From: Asterionella formosa | Lineage: Eukaryota | Reading direction: 5' to 3' | DNA length: 35,217 nt | Assembly: GCA_002256025.1 (NCBI GenBank) | Contig: NKIB01000108.1 | Coordinates: forward strand, 1-35,217 | In this document: positions 32,702 to 35,217 of the stretch, in pieces | Position numbering within the stretch: position 1 is the stretch's first letter | Layout of the letters: each line of letters opens with the position of its first letter | Program-made: the position numbers and the translations under genes | The notes under the pieces: generated by a model | What the model was told of the DNA's origin: nothing | What the model saw: the letters and a program-made list of their open reading frames with translations, nothing else | Database searches by the model: none

Positions 32702-33820
32702 GTGTCGCATCGCGTTCCTTCTACCCATTGTGCAATTAACTTAAATGCTGAATTCACTCCACATCTTGACAGTGGTAGTCGAGGTGGAAATGACGTTTCC
32801 TTGATTGTCGGGATTGGCAACTTTGAGGGTGGAAATTTCGTCGTTGACGGTACATCCCAAAACATTAAGCATCGCCCGCTGGAATTTGACGGATGGAAAC
32901 AATGGCATTGGACTGAGTCGTTTCAAGGTGATCGAATTACCCTTGTATTCTTCACGCCAGAGTTGCGAAATAAGTACAGTCATCGAGATTCAAGCAGTGT
33001 GACCGCGTACTCCCAACATTTGATCCAAACCTTTGCGGACCAAAGGAGAATGCCAACTATTCAATTTCGAAGTGATAGTACAGACACTCTCGTAATTCAG
33101 GAAATTCTGGAAGGACTGTGCGTCTACAACAGCTGCCCCCAATTGGGTCCCAATCGAGCAGATTTTTCTCCTCAGGGTCATGTTGTTTTGGATATTGGTG
33201 CGCATATTGGTGTGTTTTCATGGTACGCTCTGGGTGAAGGATGCAAACAAATCATTGCGTTTGAGCCTGAAGAGCATAACTTTGATCTCCTTACCAAGAA
33301 CATGCTAAGCTTTGAAAGCAAGGTTTTAGTTCGCCAGGCAGCCGTCGCCCATGGGGGCTTGGGAACACGAGTATTCGTCCTGGGAAGCAACAATCAACGG
33401 GCTGGCACCATGAACACTTGGCGGCACTCGCTTTTAGAGTATTCGACGTACAGCGACGCTGGAGAGCATTTCGTTGTAGACTGTGTCCCTTTCTTTGGCC
33501 CATATGGGGTGTTGACCGACAAAGTCACGTTTGTAAAACTTGATTGTGAAGGGGCGGAGATGGATATTCTTGTTGCGGACGAATGTTGCGATGGAAGGAA
33601 TTGGGCGAATGTAACACGACTCGTGGTCGAATGGTCCTTCACGAAGAATCGAAGCACAACCATGTTTCATCGGGCAATCCAAAATTTGCGACAAGCTGGG
33701 TTTGATGTGCGCTACGAAGGGCAGGGAGCATGGTGGGATACATCATTGACAGGGAGCTGGCCGTATCACAACGATTTATTGGTGTTTGCGCTTCGCAAGT
33801 CACCATTCGGCTTAGAGTGA
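32702..33820 (+). CDS. C-terminal part: 2OG-Fe(II) dioxygenase domain directly fused to an FkbM-family methyltransferase (probably the same gene as 31032-32186)
   Basis: A single open frame from the gap to TGA at 33820. It contains CAIN.N..FTPHLDSG (HxD)...FDGW..WHWT..F.GDR.TLVFF (H, R), then VLDIGAHIG, AFEPE..NF and VKLDCEGAE. Confidence 0.8.
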   Translation: MSHRVPSTHCAINLNAEFTPHLDSGSRGGNDVSLIVGIGNFEGGNFVVDGTSQNIKHRPLEFDGWKQWHWTESFQGDRITLVFFTPELRNKYSHRDSSSVTAYSQHLIQTFADQRRMPTIQFRSDSTDTLVIQEILEGLCVYNSCPQLGPNRADFSPQGHVVLDIGAHIGVFSWYALGEGCKQIIAFEPEEHNFDLLTKNMLSFESKVLVRQAAVAHGGLGTRVFVLGSNNQRAGTMNTWRHSLLEYSTYSDAGEHFVVDCVPFFGPYGVLTDKVTFVKLDCEGAEMDILVADECCDGRNWANVTRLVVEWSFTKNRSTTMFHRAIQNLRQAGFDVRYEGQGAWWDTSLTGSWPYHNDLLVFALRKSPFGLE

Positions 33821-33961
33821 TGATACATTATTGCATATTGTCTAAAACTGTAGATAGAAGTAGTCTACTAAAATGTTGTGGGCGGGTGATAGTGCGTGTG
33901 GGTGCTAGAGTAAAATAAAATTGCAAGAAAAATCGTCGAGACTCTCTCCCTTTTAACAGTT

Positions 33962-35034
33962 TTACATGGTGATTCCAACACCGTACATGAAATCAGTCAT
34001 ATCGGATGCAACAATGGATCCTGAGAGAGTCAAGGTAACCTTAGGAGCAATGTCTTTGACAAGACACGCAGAAACAACTCCACCTGAGGCAAACTTCGCC
34101 TTGACCAAACCAATTGGTGCCTTGTAGGCCGCTCCAACTCCCAAGCAGTCGCATACCTTGGAGGATGAGTGAGTGGTCTGGGAGGCCAGAGTCAAGTCAT
34201 TGTTCACCTTGTAGAGGACACCAAGATTGAATTGTGCAAACTTGGAGGAAGTAGTAACTGACGCGAACACAGGTCCTTTAGCGTAGCTCGCCCCAAGGTT
34301 CATGGCGGTAATGCCAGTCTTTCCCGCGAGTGCGTAGGTGGCATCTCCTCCCAGTGTGACGCCGCTAGCAAGTCCGAAGCAAGCAGACGTGCTAAACTTG
34401 GACATGTCCTTGACATCGAGGACGCCGGTAGCGAAGAGAGTTCCCTTGGTGTAGTCGATTCCTAGATCAGCGCCTTTGTTTCCCTTGAAGGTAAGTGCGA
34501 CTCCAGGAGCCGCCTTGTAGGACGTCTCCAAGACGTGTCCACCGTCAGCGGCTGCTTGAAACTTATCGAAGGAAAGGCCAGAGTACGCAAACTTCGTTCC
34601 AACCTTAGAGGAAAGTGCTCCCTTCGATCCTCGTTCAGTCTCTATGGTGACAGCAACTGGGCCAGCGTCCTTCTTGCACTTGAGGCTGATTTTGTTGGTG
34701 TAGTCATCGCTCAAGAGGTCTGTATCGTTGAGTTAGTGCAGGAATGTGAGTTAAGTGAGCTGAGGCGAAGGTTCCGTCGGGCGAGGTGCTTGGATAAACG
34801 GGGGACGGATATGAGTCACAAAACTGGCAGCCTCGAAAACTTAGTGTCGTATAGTTTTAGCTGTCTCTACGCATACGTGCAGTGCAGCATTGCTCCCTCC
34901 TGATACAACCACTACCGGCATATTCATTCCGCTGCTTCACTTGCAAATTGCACCCCTTCCCATCCACCCTCTCTCTCCTATTTGTTGTACGCACCCTTGG
35001 GGCCCTTGGCAATGTCAGCGAACTTGGTGGCCAT
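33962..35034 (-). CDS. VDAC: Mitochondrial porin / voltage-dependent anion channel; exons 35034-34995 and 34719-33962
   Basis: Spliced N-terminal helix MATKFADIAKGPKDLLSDDY, alternating amphipathic beta strands, VKAK motif and terminal beta-signal MYGVGITM. One 275-bp GT-AG intron. Confidence 0.92.
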
Positions 35035-35217
35035 GGCTACAGTAATTAATGTGATGTTTGTTCAGCAACAACGGTGAATCTATGATCAAAACCGTAAATC
35101 TGGTGATATTCTGGTTGACACCAAAAAAACACAAAGGACAGGGGGTCAGGCGAACGAAACACGTACACACGTCAGCTCCGAGTATTTTGATTTTACCATA
35201 TTCATATTCAAGTATAT

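Noticed and set aside
34720..34994. snoRNA in the relatively long VDAC intron
   Set aside because: No convincing C/D box pair with a terminal stem and no H/ACA architecture was seen.

Overview
Eukaryotic nuclear DNA, most likely a diatom. This is inferred from a bipartite plastid presequence with an ASAF cleavage motif, a silicanin-1-like protein, a KRE6/SKN1-type GH16 transglycosylase and short GT-AG introns. About 14 compact protein genes can be read: METTL21-type lysine methyltransferase, TRM6, a plastid-targeted protein, CCZ1-like, HMG-box, membrane-anchored glutaminyl cyclase, GH16 glucan transglycosylase, ATG101, a PhyH-dioxygenase multidomain protein, silicanin-like, a probable TruA/2OG-Fe(II)/FkbM fusion across an assembly gap, VDAC and two hypothetical genes. 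The intergenic DNA holds a ~219-bp tRNA-Ala-derived SINE with an 11-bp target-site duplication, four copies plus one fragment of a ~90-bp MITE, a decayed Mutator-like transposase, and a pervasive family of GGTACC/CCWGG palindromic micro-arrays. There are three N gaps (18459-18585, 22419-23043, 32187-32701). Exon boundaries were read by eye and all family assignments come from motif recognition, not database searches.
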